Source of the DNA: Acidobacteriota bacterium
Lineage (GTDB): Bacteria; Acidobacteriota; Vicinamibacteria; Vicinamibacterales; UBA2999
DNA: 64,000 bases
Assembly: GCA_031376505.1 (NCBI GenBank)
Contig: JANMDX010000017.1
Coordinates: 49,172 to 113,171 of the forward strand
Direction: 5' to 3'
How positions within the stretch are numbered: position 1 is the first letter of the stretch; each line of letters starts with the position of its first letter. The position numbers were made by a program, and so were the translations under genes. Of this stretch, positions 31,705-43,183 are shown one piece after another. The notes beneath the pieces are model-generated. The model was not told where the DNA came from, did not search any database, and saw only the letters and a program-made list of their open reading frames with translations.

Positions 31705-31910
31705 GATCCCGCCGCGGCGCGCGCGCCGACGCCCACGCCCACCGAGCTCCGGCGCGTGGAGCGACGCGGCATCTCCCTGAGGCTCACCTTCGCTCCGGCT
31801 TGGCGGGACGTCCTGCCGCCGGGTCGACATGCCCCCGAGACCACGGAGGACCGCCAGAGCAGCCGGGGCTCAGAGTTCGCCTCACGGAGACACCACGCCG
31901 CCCCACGCGC
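31705..31910. repeat. Direct repeat copy A (non-coding)
   Basis: It shares with copy B a block of about 75 bp (GATCCCGCCGCGGCGCGCG..CCGACGCCCACGCCCACC..GAGCTCCGGCGCG....GCGACGCGGCATCTCCC). It also shares GGGACGTCCTGCCGC and a block of about 57 bp (CCCGAGACCACGGAGGACCGCC.GAGCAGCCGG.GCTCAGAGTTCGCCTCACGGAGAC). A few substitutions and indels separate the copies. Confidence 0.75.
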
Positions 31911-32115
31911 GCGCGGACCGAGGCCGTCGAGACGCCATGTGCCGGCGACCCGACGGCGGCGAACGCGGCAGTCGAGGGGGCGCGGCATCTCCTGACGGCG
32001 AACTCTGAGCCCCGCGAGCGTTGCCGGTCACCCAGCTAGGCGGAGCCCTTGGCAGCTTGTGTCACGTCAGCCCGGCATCGCGGAGCGAAGGTGAGCCGGA
32101 AGGCGATGCCGCGCC
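31763..32115. repeat. About 353-bp imperfect palindromic element: roughly 35-bp terminal inverted repeats and an inner 17-bp perfect inverted repeat (MITE-like or structured RNA candidate)
   Basis: GGCTCACCTTCGCTCCG (31781-31797) is perfectly inverted at 32081-32097. The pairing extends with mismatches to 31763 / 32115 (GCGCGGCATC.CC). GGGGCTCAGAGTTCGCC (31865-31881) is perfectly inverted at 31997-32013. Confidence 0.5.
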
Positions 32116-32127
32116 CCGTCGGCGGCA

Positions 32128-32376
32128 GATCCCGCCGCGGCGCGCGCCGACGCCCACGCCCACCGCGAGCTCCGGCGCGAGGGGCGACGCGGCATCTCCC
32201 CTCGGCTCAACCGGGGTCCCCGCCGCGCGGGCTCGGCGCGGGGGGGTGGAAACTTCGGTCCGGCCTGTCGGGACGTCCTGCCGCAGAGCGGAACAGCACC
32301 CGAGACCACGGAGGACCGCCCGAGCAGCCGGCGCTCAGAGTTCGCCTCACGGAGACGCCGCCCCGCCCCACGCGCC
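32128..32376. repeat. Direct repeat copy B (non-coding), with an extra insert of about 45 bp relative to copy A
   Basis: See copy A. The start of B is 423 bp downstream of the start of A. Confidence 0.75.
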
Positions 32377-32646
32377 AGTCCGTGTCGCCCCACTCCCGCT
32401 GTGACACAGGCCGCGGGTTGATGCGGTGGGGGTCGTCGAGGCGAAATCGGAGCCCGCGCCGCTGCGCTTTCTGACCCGCCATCCGCACCGGGAGTCCGAG
32501 TGACGCGGACGAGAGGCGACTAGCGGGCGTCGTTCGTATGTCGAACAAGTCAGCGCAAGGTGCGGGTTGGCCGGCGGGGCGACGTGTGAGCCGCGAGGAC
32601 CCCCACCGCGTCTGCCCGCGGCCACGCGCCGCAGGCGCGTCGCTCG

Positions 32647-33708
32647 CTACGGCGTCGGTGGGTGGTGAATGGTCACGCGGCCGGTAAGACCGCTCGAGAT
32701 GCGCACCTGATTGTCGGCGGTGACGATGACGGCTTCCACGTCAGGCAACGCCTCGACGAGCGCCATGCCGCGCTCGGGCCCGAGGATGAAGACGCCCGTC
32801 GACAGCCCATCGGCCAGGGTGGCGTCTCGCGCGACGATCGTCACGCTGCGGCAGCCACGCGCGGGCTGGCCCGTCGCGGGGTCCAGGATGTGGTGGTAGC
32901 GCACGCCGTCCTGCACGAAGAACCGCTCGTAGTCCCCAGACGTGCTGACGGTCCCGTCCTCCACCTCCACTGAGGCAAAGGGCTCGCCGCCAGGCCCTCG
33001 CGGGTCCTGGATGCCCAGCCGCCACGGCGTGGGGCCGCTCGTGTCGCCGGCGGAACCAGCCGCGTAGAGGTCGCCGCCGGCCTGCACCATGAAGTCGCGG
33101 AGGCCCGCCGCCCGGAGGATCGCCACCCCCCGGCCCACCGCGTAGCCCTTGCCGATGCCGCCCAGGTGCACGCGCACGCCGGACCGCGTTACGAAGGCCG
33201 TGCCCGAGCCGTCGTCAACGACCACCGCGCGGTAGTCCACGCGCGGCAAGCGCGCCGCGACCTCGGCCGCCGTCGGCACGCGGTTGTCCATGTCGTGGTC
33301 GAACTTCCACACCTCGGCCAGCGCGCCAAACGTGATGTCGAACTTCCCCTCGGTCCAGGCGCTCACCTGGGCGGCAGCACGCAGCACCCGGCGCGTGTCC
33401 GCGTGCACCGGCACCGCGGCCACGCCCGCCGCCTGGTTCATGCGCGTCACGTCGCTGCCCTCGCGCCACACGCTCAGCAGCGCCTCGAGCCGTTCGAACT
33501 CCGCTCCCACGGCGGCAAAAGCCGCGCGGGCCGCCGGCGCATCGGCGGTCCAGGCCGTGAGGTACAGGTCCGAGCCCATGGCCACGCGCCGCTCGTCCAC
33601 CATTCGTGGCACGGCCGCGGGCGGCTCGGCGCCACACCCCACGAGCGCCGCGAGCGTACCGGCCACGAGCGTCACGCGAATCACGCTACTCTCCCGCATC
33701 TTGGGCAT
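32647..33708 (-). CDS. apbE: FAD:protein FMN transferase (ApbE family), lipoprotein-like
   Basis: 353 aa. Lipobox-like LVGCGA. ApbE family blocks MGSDLYLTAW, GGIGKGYAV and HHILDPATGQPA. Confidence 0.85.
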   Translation of the reverse strand: MPKMRESSVIRVTLVAGTLAALVGCGAEPPAAVPRMVDERRVAMGSDLYLTAWTADAPAARAAFAAVGAEFERLEALLSVWREGSDVTRMNQAAGVAAVPVHADTRRVLRAAAQVSAWTEGKFDITFGALAEVWKFDHDMDNRVPTAAEVAARLPRVDYRAVVVDDGSGTAFVTRSGVRVHLGGIGKGYAVGRGVAILRAAGLRDFMVQAGGDLYAAGSAGDTSGPTPWRLGIQDPRGPGGEPFASVEVEDGTVSTSGDYERFFVQDGVRYHHILDPATGQPARGCRSVTIVARDATLADGLSTGVFILGPERGMALVEALPDVEAVIVTADNQVRISSGLTGRVTIHHPPTP

Positions 33709-33763
33709 ATGCTAATCGGCGTCCGGCGCCAGCTTGCGCCGGTCGTCACCGGATGATCATCAC

Positions 33764-35776
33764 ATGCTCATGCTCCGCAGGCTCTGGCCCGTCGCCGTGG
33801 TCGCAACCCTGGCCGTCGCCGCACCCAGCGAGGCCGATGTGACGCGCCTCGAGATCACGCGCCGCGACGCGGTGCAGAACGGCAAAGCGTTCGGGGCCGC
33901 GGGAGCGTACGAGAAGCTCAGCGGGACGGTCCACTTCGCACTGGATCCGAAGGCGCCGCGCAACCTCGGCATCGTCGATCTGCCACTCGCGCCCGTCAAC
34001 GCCGCAGGACTCGTCGAGTTCTCCGCCGACTTCTACCTGCTCAAGCCGGTGGACCCGACGCGCGGCAACGGGCGACTGTTCTATGAGGCCGGCAACCGCG
34101 GCACCAAGCGCATCCTGCCCGTGTTCCAGGGCGGACTCGGTGCCGACGATCCCACCAGCGCGGCCGACTTCGGCAACGGCGCGCTGATGCAGCAGGGCTT
34201 CACGCTGCTGTGGATGGGATGGCAGTGGGACGTGCCGGCGGGCCGGATGCGCATGGCGATTCCGGTGGCCACCGACGCGGGTCGCACCATCACCGGCCTG
34301 GTGCGGGGCAACTTCATTCCCGGCCCCAACGCCACCGTAGCGTCGGTAGCCGATCGCGGGCACGACGCCTACCCGGTGGTCGATCCCGAGGGCGCCGGCC
34401 ACGTCATGTACGTGCGCACGCTGCCTACCGACGCCCTCACGGTCATCCCGCGTGCCCGCTGGCGGTTCAACGGCCCGGGCACGGTCACCCTTGATGGCGG
34501 CTTCGAGGCCGGGCGCATCTACGACGTGGTCTACCGCGCGCGCGATCCGCGCGTGGTCGGCGTGGGTCTGGCCGGCACGCGGGATCTCATCAGCTTCTTC
34601 AAGCACGCGACGCTGGCGCAAGGGAACCCCTCGCCGGGTATCCGTCACGCCATCGGCTGGGGCGTCTCGCAGACGGGGCGGTTCTTGCGGCACTTCGTCT
34701 ATCAAGGCTTCAACGAAGACGAAGGCGGCCGCATCGTGTTTGACGGCGTGTTCGATCAGGTGGGCGGCGCCGGCCGCGGCAGCTTCAACCACCGCTTCGG
34801 CCAACAATCGCGCGACCAGCTCCAGCACTTCAACATCCAGTACCCGGTCGACATGTTCCCCTTCACCGACGACGACCAGACCGACCCGGTGACCGGCGCC
34901 ACCGACGGCCTGCTGACCCGCGCCCGGCGCACCAACACCGTCCCGAAGTTCGTGCACCTGCTGACCAACTCCGAGTACTTCAATCGCGCCGGCTCGCTCG
35001 TGCACACCGACGTGACCGGCACCCGCGACGTGCCGCCGCCCGACACGAGCCGCATCTACATGGTGGCGTCGGCGCCGCACATCGTGGGCGCGTTCCCGCC
35101 GGTGCCGTTTGCCGACGCGGACTTCGTCGGGCGAGCCGACATGAACCCGCTCGTCTACACGCCCGTGATTCGCGCGGTCTTCCGGGCCCTCGACGCCTGG
35201 ATTAACGACGGCACGCTGCCGCCGCCCAGTCGCTACCCGACGCTAGCCGACGGCACGCTGACCTCGCCCGAGCAGGCCGGCTGGCCAGGCGTGCCCGGGT
35301 TCGCGCTGCCACACTCGCCCATGACGACCTACCGCCTGGACCTCGGCCCCGAATGGGCCAAGGGCATCGTCTCCAAGGAGCCGCCTGGGCTCGGAGCGGC
35401 GTTTGTGAGCCGGGTGCCGGCCGTGGACGATGCCGGCAACGGCCGCGGTGGCATTCGGCTGCCACAGATTGCCGTGCCGCTGGCGACGCACACCGGATGG
35501 AACTACCGTCTTGCGTCGATTGGCGCACCCGACCGGCTCGCCAGCGAGATCGGATCGTATCTGCCGCTGCCGCGCACGCGGGCGGACCGCGAACGCACGG
35601 GCGACGCACGCCGTTCGATCGCGGAGCGGTACGCCAGCCGCGACGACTATGTGGGCCGCGTAGCGCTGGCCGCGGTGGCCCTGGTGCAGGAGCGGTACCT
35701 GCTGGCCGAGGACGTGCCCGACATGCTGGCGCAGGCTGCCGCGCACTACGACTGGGCAACAGGCGCGACGCGGTAG
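33764..35776 (+). CDS. Secreted protein of unknown function (possible alpha/beta-hydrolase-like fold)
   Basis: Start trimmed to MLMLRRLWPVAVVATLAVAAPSEA (signal peptide). About 670 aa. I did not identify a catalytic motif with confidence, so the call is a weak family impression only. Confidence 0.35.
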   Translation: MLMLRRLWPVAVVATLAVAAPSEADVTRLEITRRDAVQNGKAFGAAGAYEKLSGTVHFALDPKAPRNLGIVDLPLAPVNAAGLVEFSADFYLLKPVDPTRGNGRLFYEAGNRGTKRILPVFQGGLGADDPTSAADFGNGALMQQGFTLLWMGWQWDVPAGRMRMAIPVATDAGRTITGLVRGNFIPGPNATVASVADRGHDAYPVVDPEGAGHVMYVRTLPTDALTVIPRARWRFNGPGTVTLDGGFEAGRIYDVVYRARDPRVVGVGLAGTRDLISFFKHATLAQGNPSPGIRHAIGWGVSQTGRFLRHFVYQGFNEDEGGRIVFDGVFDQVGGAGRGSFNHRFGQQSRDQLQHFNIQYPVDMFPFTDDDQTDPVTGATDGLLTRARRTNTVPKFVHLLTNSEYFNRAGSLVHTDVTGTRDVPPPDTSRIYMVASAPHIVGAFPPVPFADADFVGRADMNPLVYTPVIRAVFRALDAWINDGTLPPPSRYPTLADGTLTSPEQAGWPGVPGFALPHSPMTTYRLDLGPEWAKGIVSKEPPGLGAAFVSRVPAVDDAGNGRGGIRLPQIAVPLATHTGWNYRLASIGAPDRLASEIGSYLPLPRTRADRERTGDARRSIAERYASRDDYVGRVALAAVALVQERYLLAEDVPDMLAQAAAHYDWATGATR

Positions 35777-35793
35777 GAAGACGCGCGTCGCGC

Positions 35794-35865
35794 AGCGGCT
35801 AGCGGCTAGGCTCTAGCAGCGAGCGAGCCGCAGCGGGACAGCGTAGGGACAAGCCGCTAGCCGCT
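35794..35865. terminator. Candidate bidirectional terminator / palindromic repeat between convergent genes
   Basis: AGCGGCTAGCGGCT (35794-35807) has a perfect reverse complement, AGCCGCTAGCCGCT, at 35852-35865 (14-bp stem, 44-nt loop). It is embedded in CTAG-rich heptamers (TAGCGGC, TAGGCTC, TAGCCGC, TAGTCCC). There is no U-tract. Confidence 0.4.
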
Positions 35866-35882
35866 AGTCCCTAGCCGCTGTC

Positions 35883-37235
35883 CTAGAGCATGAAGCCGAC
35901 GTCTTTGGTGGCGAAGTTATTGAGTGTCGGGAAGGTGGCGGCCAGTTCTCCCGGCGAGGCGCCGAACCACTTGCCAAGGGTGGCCCCGAACTGCGAAGTG
36001 CTGATTTTGGGAATCCACGCCCCGCGGTTCCCCGAGTCGTCCGGCCCGCCGAGCGCCAACTCGGGCTGCTGTCCGTAGATGCCGCCGCGCACCGCGCCGC
36101 CAAGCACGAACTGCTGGTTGCCCCACGCATGATCGGTGCCCGTGCCATTAGGCTGCAGGGTGCGACCGAAGTCCGACTGCGTGAACGCGGTCACGTTGTT
36201 GGTCAAGCCGATTTCTTCCGTGGCGAGGTAGAAGGCCGCCATGGCCGACGACAGCTCGCGCAGCAGCCCAGGGTGATTGCCATCCTGCGACGTGTGCGTG
36301 TCGTAGCCGCCCATCGAGCAGAAGAACACCTGGCGGCCGGGCCCAATCTGCGAGCGCATCTTGATGAGTTTGGCGACCTCGCGCAGTTGGGTGCCGAGAT
36401 TGTTGCCGGGAAACACCGTGTTGATGGTCGTCGTCGTGCCCGCAAGCGTCGCGGCCAGCTGCAAACCATCGGCAAACGAGTCGTTGGCTGCTGCCCGGAG
36501 CGCGCTGCCACCGTCCATCGCCAACATCGCCGACACCGCCGCTTTGCGGGCGTCGGCCGCCGACTGCGGAGAGATAGACATGCCCGAGAGTCCCAGGCTC
36601 GCGCCCGGAGGAATCACGTTGGGCGCGCCGCCGCCGCTCTGCAGAAACATTGCGGGCGACGAGACCGACACGGCGCCGAGCGTGTCGTTCACCCCGAACA
36701 CATCGAGCAGCCGGCCGCCCCAGCCGCCCGACGTCAGGTTCTGCGACGAACCCGTCTGCGCCTGCAGCGCCTGGTCCGAGTGCGAGAACAGATTGGCCGG
36801 CGCCAGCAGGCCCTGCTGGTACTCGGCGCGGGTCAGTGGCCGCTCGAGCGAGCCCGTGTTGAGCACGATGGCCAGCTTGCCGAGACCGAAACCGCTGTTC
36901 AACTCCGTGAGGTTGTTGTTGAGCGCGTACTGGTTGCCGGAGGGGTCCACGATGGGCGAGAGCAGCCGGCTCGGTGTCAGCGCCACTCCGGCGCGCAGGG
37001 AGGTGTAGGCCGTGAACCTCGCCGCGTCAATGGGCACGACCATGTTGTTGCCATCGTTGCCGCCAAACAGGAACACGCATACCAGGGCCTTGTAGTCGGT
37101 GACCGCGGGGGCGGCCGACGCGTCGGTGACGAACCAGGAACGGCTGGGGCCGAAACCCAGGCCGGTGAGACCAAGCGTCGCGAGGCGCGAGCTCAGCTTC
37201 AGGAACTTGCGTCGTGCGGGCGTATGCGTATGCAT
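35883..37235 (-). CDS. DUF1501 family protein (sulfatase-like fold) with Tat signal
   Basis: Twin-arginine N terminus ARRKFLKLSSRLATLGL. The DUF1501 pattern includes LVCVFLFGGNDGNN and GGYDTH. Confidence 0.85.
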   Translation of the reverse strand: MHTHTPARRKFLKLSSRLATLGLTGLGFGPSRSWFVTDASAAPAVTDYKALVCVFLFGGNDGNNMVVPIDAARFTAYTSLRAGVALTPSRLLSPIVDPSGNQYALNNNLTELNSGFGLGKLAIVLNTGSLERPLTRAEYQQGLLAPANLFSHSDQALQAQTGSSQNLTSGGWGGRLLDVFGVNDTLGAVSVSSPAMFLQSGGGAPNVIPPGASLGLSGMSISPQSAADARKAAVSAMLAMDGGSALRAAANDSFADGLQLAATLAGTTTTINTVFPGNNLGTQLREVAKLIKMRSQIGPGRQVFFCSMGGYDTHTSQDGNHPGLLRELSSAMAAFYLATEEIGLTNNVTAFTQSDFGRTLQPNGTGTDHAWGNQQFVLGGAVRGGIYGQQPELALGGPDDSGNRGAWIPKISTSQFGATLGKWFGASPGELAATFPTLNNFATKDVGFML

Positions 37236-37260
37236 GGCGTGTCTCTCGGAAAACGAACAG

Positions 37261-39693
37261 CTAAGGAATCACGACGGTCTGGAACGCCGTGGCGGGACCG
37301 GACCCGCAGGCGTTGACCGCTCGCACGCTCAAGACGTAGGTGCCGGGCGGGGCCGCGGCGGCGAACCCGCGGGCGGGCGTCGGGAACGCGCCGCTGTAGG
37401 TGCCCGACACGAGAATCTGATACCCGGTCGCCGGGGTGCCGCCAGATGGGGCATCCCAGGCCATGATCACCGCGTTGCCGGAGCGAATCGCCGAGTAGTT
37501 CATGGGCACGCGCGGCAGGGCGCACGTCGTGGTCGGCACACTCACCGACACCGACCCCGACTGGCTGCTGGCACCCGCGCCGTTCACCCCACGAAGCCGG
37601 AGCGTATAGGTGCCGTCGGGCAGGTTGGCTACGGAGAACTCCTCGCTGAGCGGCATGGGCACCGAGGCCGTGATGGCTCCGGTCGCGTCGAGCATCAGGC
37701 TGGTGGGCTCCCCGCCCGCGTAGGAAATCTTCCACGCCATGAAGAGGGTCCGGCCCTTCACCCCTGCCTGTACATTGGTTGGCGGTGCCGGCGTCACCGG
37801 CACGTTCACGTTGACCCGGATTTCGTTCCCCGGCAGGCTCAACTCGCCGCCGTTCATGGCCCGCAGGCGCAGGTAGAACGTGCCGGTCGGTGCCGGAAAG
37901 GTGAAGGTGGTCGCCGCACTGCCGGTCGGCACCGAGGCCAGCACGGCGCCCGGCGTCAGGCTGCCCTCGAGCAGATAGTTCGACGGCGTCGGGCCGAGCG
38001 CCGGCGGATTCCACTTGAGCATCATCATGTTCCCGTACTGACGCTCGACGACGAGGCCGGTGGGCGGCTGCACGTTGGTCGGAATCACGCCTCCGGCGCT
38101 GAAGCCGTTGCCGTAGACCGAGTACTCGCTGGAAATCGCCGCCAGATACAACGCGCCAATCGCGCGCTGGCTCGGGTCCGACGCGGGTACGGCATTGGTG
38201 GCCGTGATGAGCAACGACCGCAGCTGGCTCGACATGCGGCCCATCATCAGGCGCTGGTTCACCAGGTCGACCAGTGCAGCCGAATCCCCCGCGACCGTGT
38301 TGAAGAGCGTGCGGTCGATCGCATACGCGGATCCGTACTGGCCCGTGATGATGCCGTAGATGAAGTTGGCTCGCTGAATCGCCAACGCGGGCGGATACAG
38401 CTGGAACTCTGGCCCGAAGATCGTCGGCTGATTGGGCAGCGTGGACGTCAGGGCGTAGAAGCTGAAAACCGTCTGCGGCGTCAGCACGCGCTGGCTGAGA
38501 TTCGAGAACACGAACTGGAAGCTGTCGGGATTGCCGATCGTGGCGCCCAGCGCCCGGCCAAAGCCGATCACGTGCAGCACGGGGTCCTTCAGACGTCCGT
38601 GGATCGCCAGGGTGGGGCTGAGCGCCTCGGGGTCGAGCAGAATGGCCTGGATGACCGCGCGCAGGTCGCCACGCACGCCGGCGCCGTTGTTCAGGAACAC
38701 GTTCACGATCCGGCTGACAAAGGCCGGCGAAGGATTGCTCGTGACCATCGACCGGATCAGCCGTGTGACCACGAAGGGCGGCAGGTTCGGGTGGTTGAAG
38801 ACGCTGTCGATCACCCACTCAATCTCCTGAACCGCCGTCAGGCCCGCAGGCACGACCACGCCGCTCAGCAGCGTCTTGGATCCGGAGTCATGGCGGCTGG
38901 CCGTGGGCGTCGGGATCAGGTCGCCCACGAAGTACTCGGGATTCGAATTGGAGGGGGTCGACCCCGGTTTGGTTGGATACGTCCAGCCGGTCAGCGCACG
39001 CGCAAACTCGGCAATGGTCGCCTGGTTGTAGGTCGGGATCGGCTGCCCCGCGTTGTCGAGCTTCTGGGTGCCGTCGTTGTTCAGCTGCCACACGCCCACC
39101 GAGAAGAGCTGCAGCAGCTCGCGAGCGTAGTTCTCATTGGGCGAGGTCGTGGCCGACGCGGCTCGATTGAAGACGTTGTCGAGATACTTGCCCATGGTAG
39201 GGCTGAACGACACGTCACGCAGCAACGTGCGGTAGTTGCCGAAGGCGTTGCGCGACAGCATTTGCACCCACGGGGTCAGCTGCTCGCCGGTGCCGACCTT
39301 GTTGGCCGACACCACGATGATCTGGCTCAGCGCAAACATCGCGCGCTGGCGCACCTGATCGGGCCCGGTGGCCATATTCAGGTAGACCTGGGCGCGCAGT
39401 TGGTTGCTGTCGAGCCCAGCGGGCAACGGGCTTTCGGGCAGCTGAAACTGGTTGGTCAGCCACGCCTGCGGTCCCATCCCCTGCACGGCGGCCACGTCGA
39501 GGGCGGTGGGGCCGAAGGTCGACTGCTCGAGGAAGTGCACGGCCGTCGTGGCGTCGGTGCCCTGTGCAAAACCGTGCCCTACGTACAAAATCTGGACGAG
39601 GCCCGTCAGGATTGCAATGTGGCGCCAGCCTGCCAGCGGGCGGCGTAGCCGGCTCGAATTCCCTGGATTTACACGCGTTCTCGGCACGTTCAT
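37261..39693 (-). CDS. DUF1800 family protein with three C-terminal FN3/Ig-like repeats
   Basis: 810 aa. The N-terminal roughly 540 aa follow the DUF1800 pattern (HFLEQSTFGPT..., NENYARELLQLFSVG). The C-terminal 269 aa form three modules of about 85-90 aa, each ending in (F/T)Y(L/T/V)L(R/S)(L/V)R(A/G)(M/V)N. Confidence 0.8.
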   Translation of the reverse strand: MNVPRTRVNPGNSSRLRRPLAGWRHIAILTGLVQILYVGHGFAQGTDATTAVHFLEQSTFGPTALDVAAVQGMGPQAWLTNQFQLPESPLPAGLDSNQLRAQVYLNMATGPDQVRQRAMFALSQIIVVSANKVGTGEQLTPWVQMLSRNAFGNYRTLLRDVSFSPTMGKYLDNVFNRAASATTSPNENYARELLQLFSVGVWQLNNDGTQKLDNAGQPIPTYNQATIAEFARALTGWTYPTKPGSTPSNSNPEYFVGDLIPTPTASRHDSGSKTLLSGVVVPAGLTAVQEIEWVIDSVFNHPNLPPFVVTRLIRSMVTSNPSPAFVSRIVNVFLNNGAGVRGDLRAVIQAILLDPEALSPTLAIHGRLKDPVLHVIGFGRALGATIGNPDSFQFVFSNLSQRVLTPQTVFSFYALTSTLPNQPTIFGPEFQLYPPALAIQRANFIYGIITGQYGSAYAIDRTLFNTVAGDSAALVDLVNQRLMMGRMSSQLRSLLITATNAVPASDPSQRAIGALYLAAISSEYSVYGNGFSAGGVIPTNVQPPTGLVVERQYGNMMMLKWNPPALGPTPSNYLLEGSLTPGAVLASVPTGSAATTFTFPAPTGTFYLRLRAMNGGELSLPGNEIRVNVNVPVTPAPPTNVQAGVKGRTLFMAWKISYAGGEPTSLMLDATGAITASVPMPLSEEFSVANLPDGTYTLRLRGVNGAGASSQSGSVSVSVPTTTCALPRVPMNYSAIRSGNAVIMAWDAPSGGTPATGYQILVSGTYSGAFPTPARGFAAAAPPGTYVLSVRAVNACGSGPATAFQTVVIP

Positions 39694-39782
39694 GCGCCCT
39701 ACCTCGTTCGAAAGCCAGGCCGAAGGACCCGGCGACGAACCTCTCTAAGGCAGGAAACATGCCACCTCAACTGGCGGCGCGG

Positions 39783-40295
39783 TTAGCCGTAGTACTGCCG
39801 GTACCGCCCGCGACGGAACAGCCAGCCGCCGAGGGGCCCTAGCCAGTTGAGCACGTGATACATGAAGCCGAGATCCATCAACTCGATCAGATTGCCGTCG
39901 AAGTCCCTGATGAAGAAGAACGAGTGGCCACGCGGCGACCGTTCGGGCGCCGTCACGATGTCGACGCCCTGCGCCTTCAGGCGGTCGTGCCACATCTGTA
40001 AGTGCGTGACATTGAAGGAGAAGTGCGTCAGCCCGATCCGGTTCCAGGGGACGGCGACGGGTGGTTGCGCGGGCTCGAACGCGAAGATCTCGAGCACGCC
40101 CCCGCCCGGCACGCGAATCCAGCCGATCTTGCAGGCCGGTGCTGGGCCGTCGACGCCGAAGAACCCGCGCACGCGGTCGGGCGGTGTGTCGGCCACGCCC
40201 ACGAGCGGGCAGCCAAACAGGTTCGAGTAGAACTTCACCGCGGCATTGAAATTGGAGACGGTGATACCGACGTGGCTGAAGGTGCGTGCGCGCAT
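39783..40295 (-). CDS. VOC (glyoxalase/bleomycin-resistance/dioxygenase) family protein
   Basis: Start trimmed to MRARTFSHVGITVSNFNAAVKFYSNLFGCPLVG. A second beta-alpha-beta-beta-beta module has LTHFSFNV. Confidence 0.8.
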   Translation of the reverse strand: MRARTFSHVGITVSNFNAAVKFYSNLFGCPLVGVADTPPDRVRGFFGVDGPAPACKIGWIRVPGGGVLEIFAFEPAQPPVAVPWNRIGLTHFSFNVTHLQMWHDRLKAQGVDIVTAPERSPRGHSFFFIRDFDGNLIELMDLGFMYHVLNWLGPLGGWLFRRGRYRQYYG

Positions 40296-40421
40296 GGCGC
40301 AGATGGTATCAGGGCCGCGGCGCCTACAAACGGCGGCCCGGTCCAACGAGGTCCGGTGGAAACCCTCGGTTCCGGGACTGCCTCGGTTCCAGGACATCAG
40401 CGGAGTCATGGGCCGGACCGG

Positions 40422-43085
<2,664 letters not shown>

Positions 43086-43183
43086 CGCATCGCGATTCTA
43101 TGCCGACCGGGCGCCGCCCGCAGCGTCCGCAAGTACTGGCCGGGCCAGGCCGCCAGGCGCTTCGCCCGGCACGGCGCGACGGT

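Noticed and set aside
31705-32376. Diversity-generating retroelement (template/variable repeat pair) as an explanation for the two direct repeats
   Set aside because: No reverse transcriptase or target gene is present. Neither repeat lies in a coding region. The differences are indels and mixed substitutions rather than adenine-specific changes.
37099-39648. 849-aa plus-strand ORF opposite the DUF1800 gene, and a 539-aa alternative minus-frame ORF at 37199..38818
   Set aside because: The composition is low-complexity and Arg/Gly-rich. The minus-strand 37261..39693 frame gives a coherent DUF1800 protein with FN3-like repeats and G/C-rich third positions.
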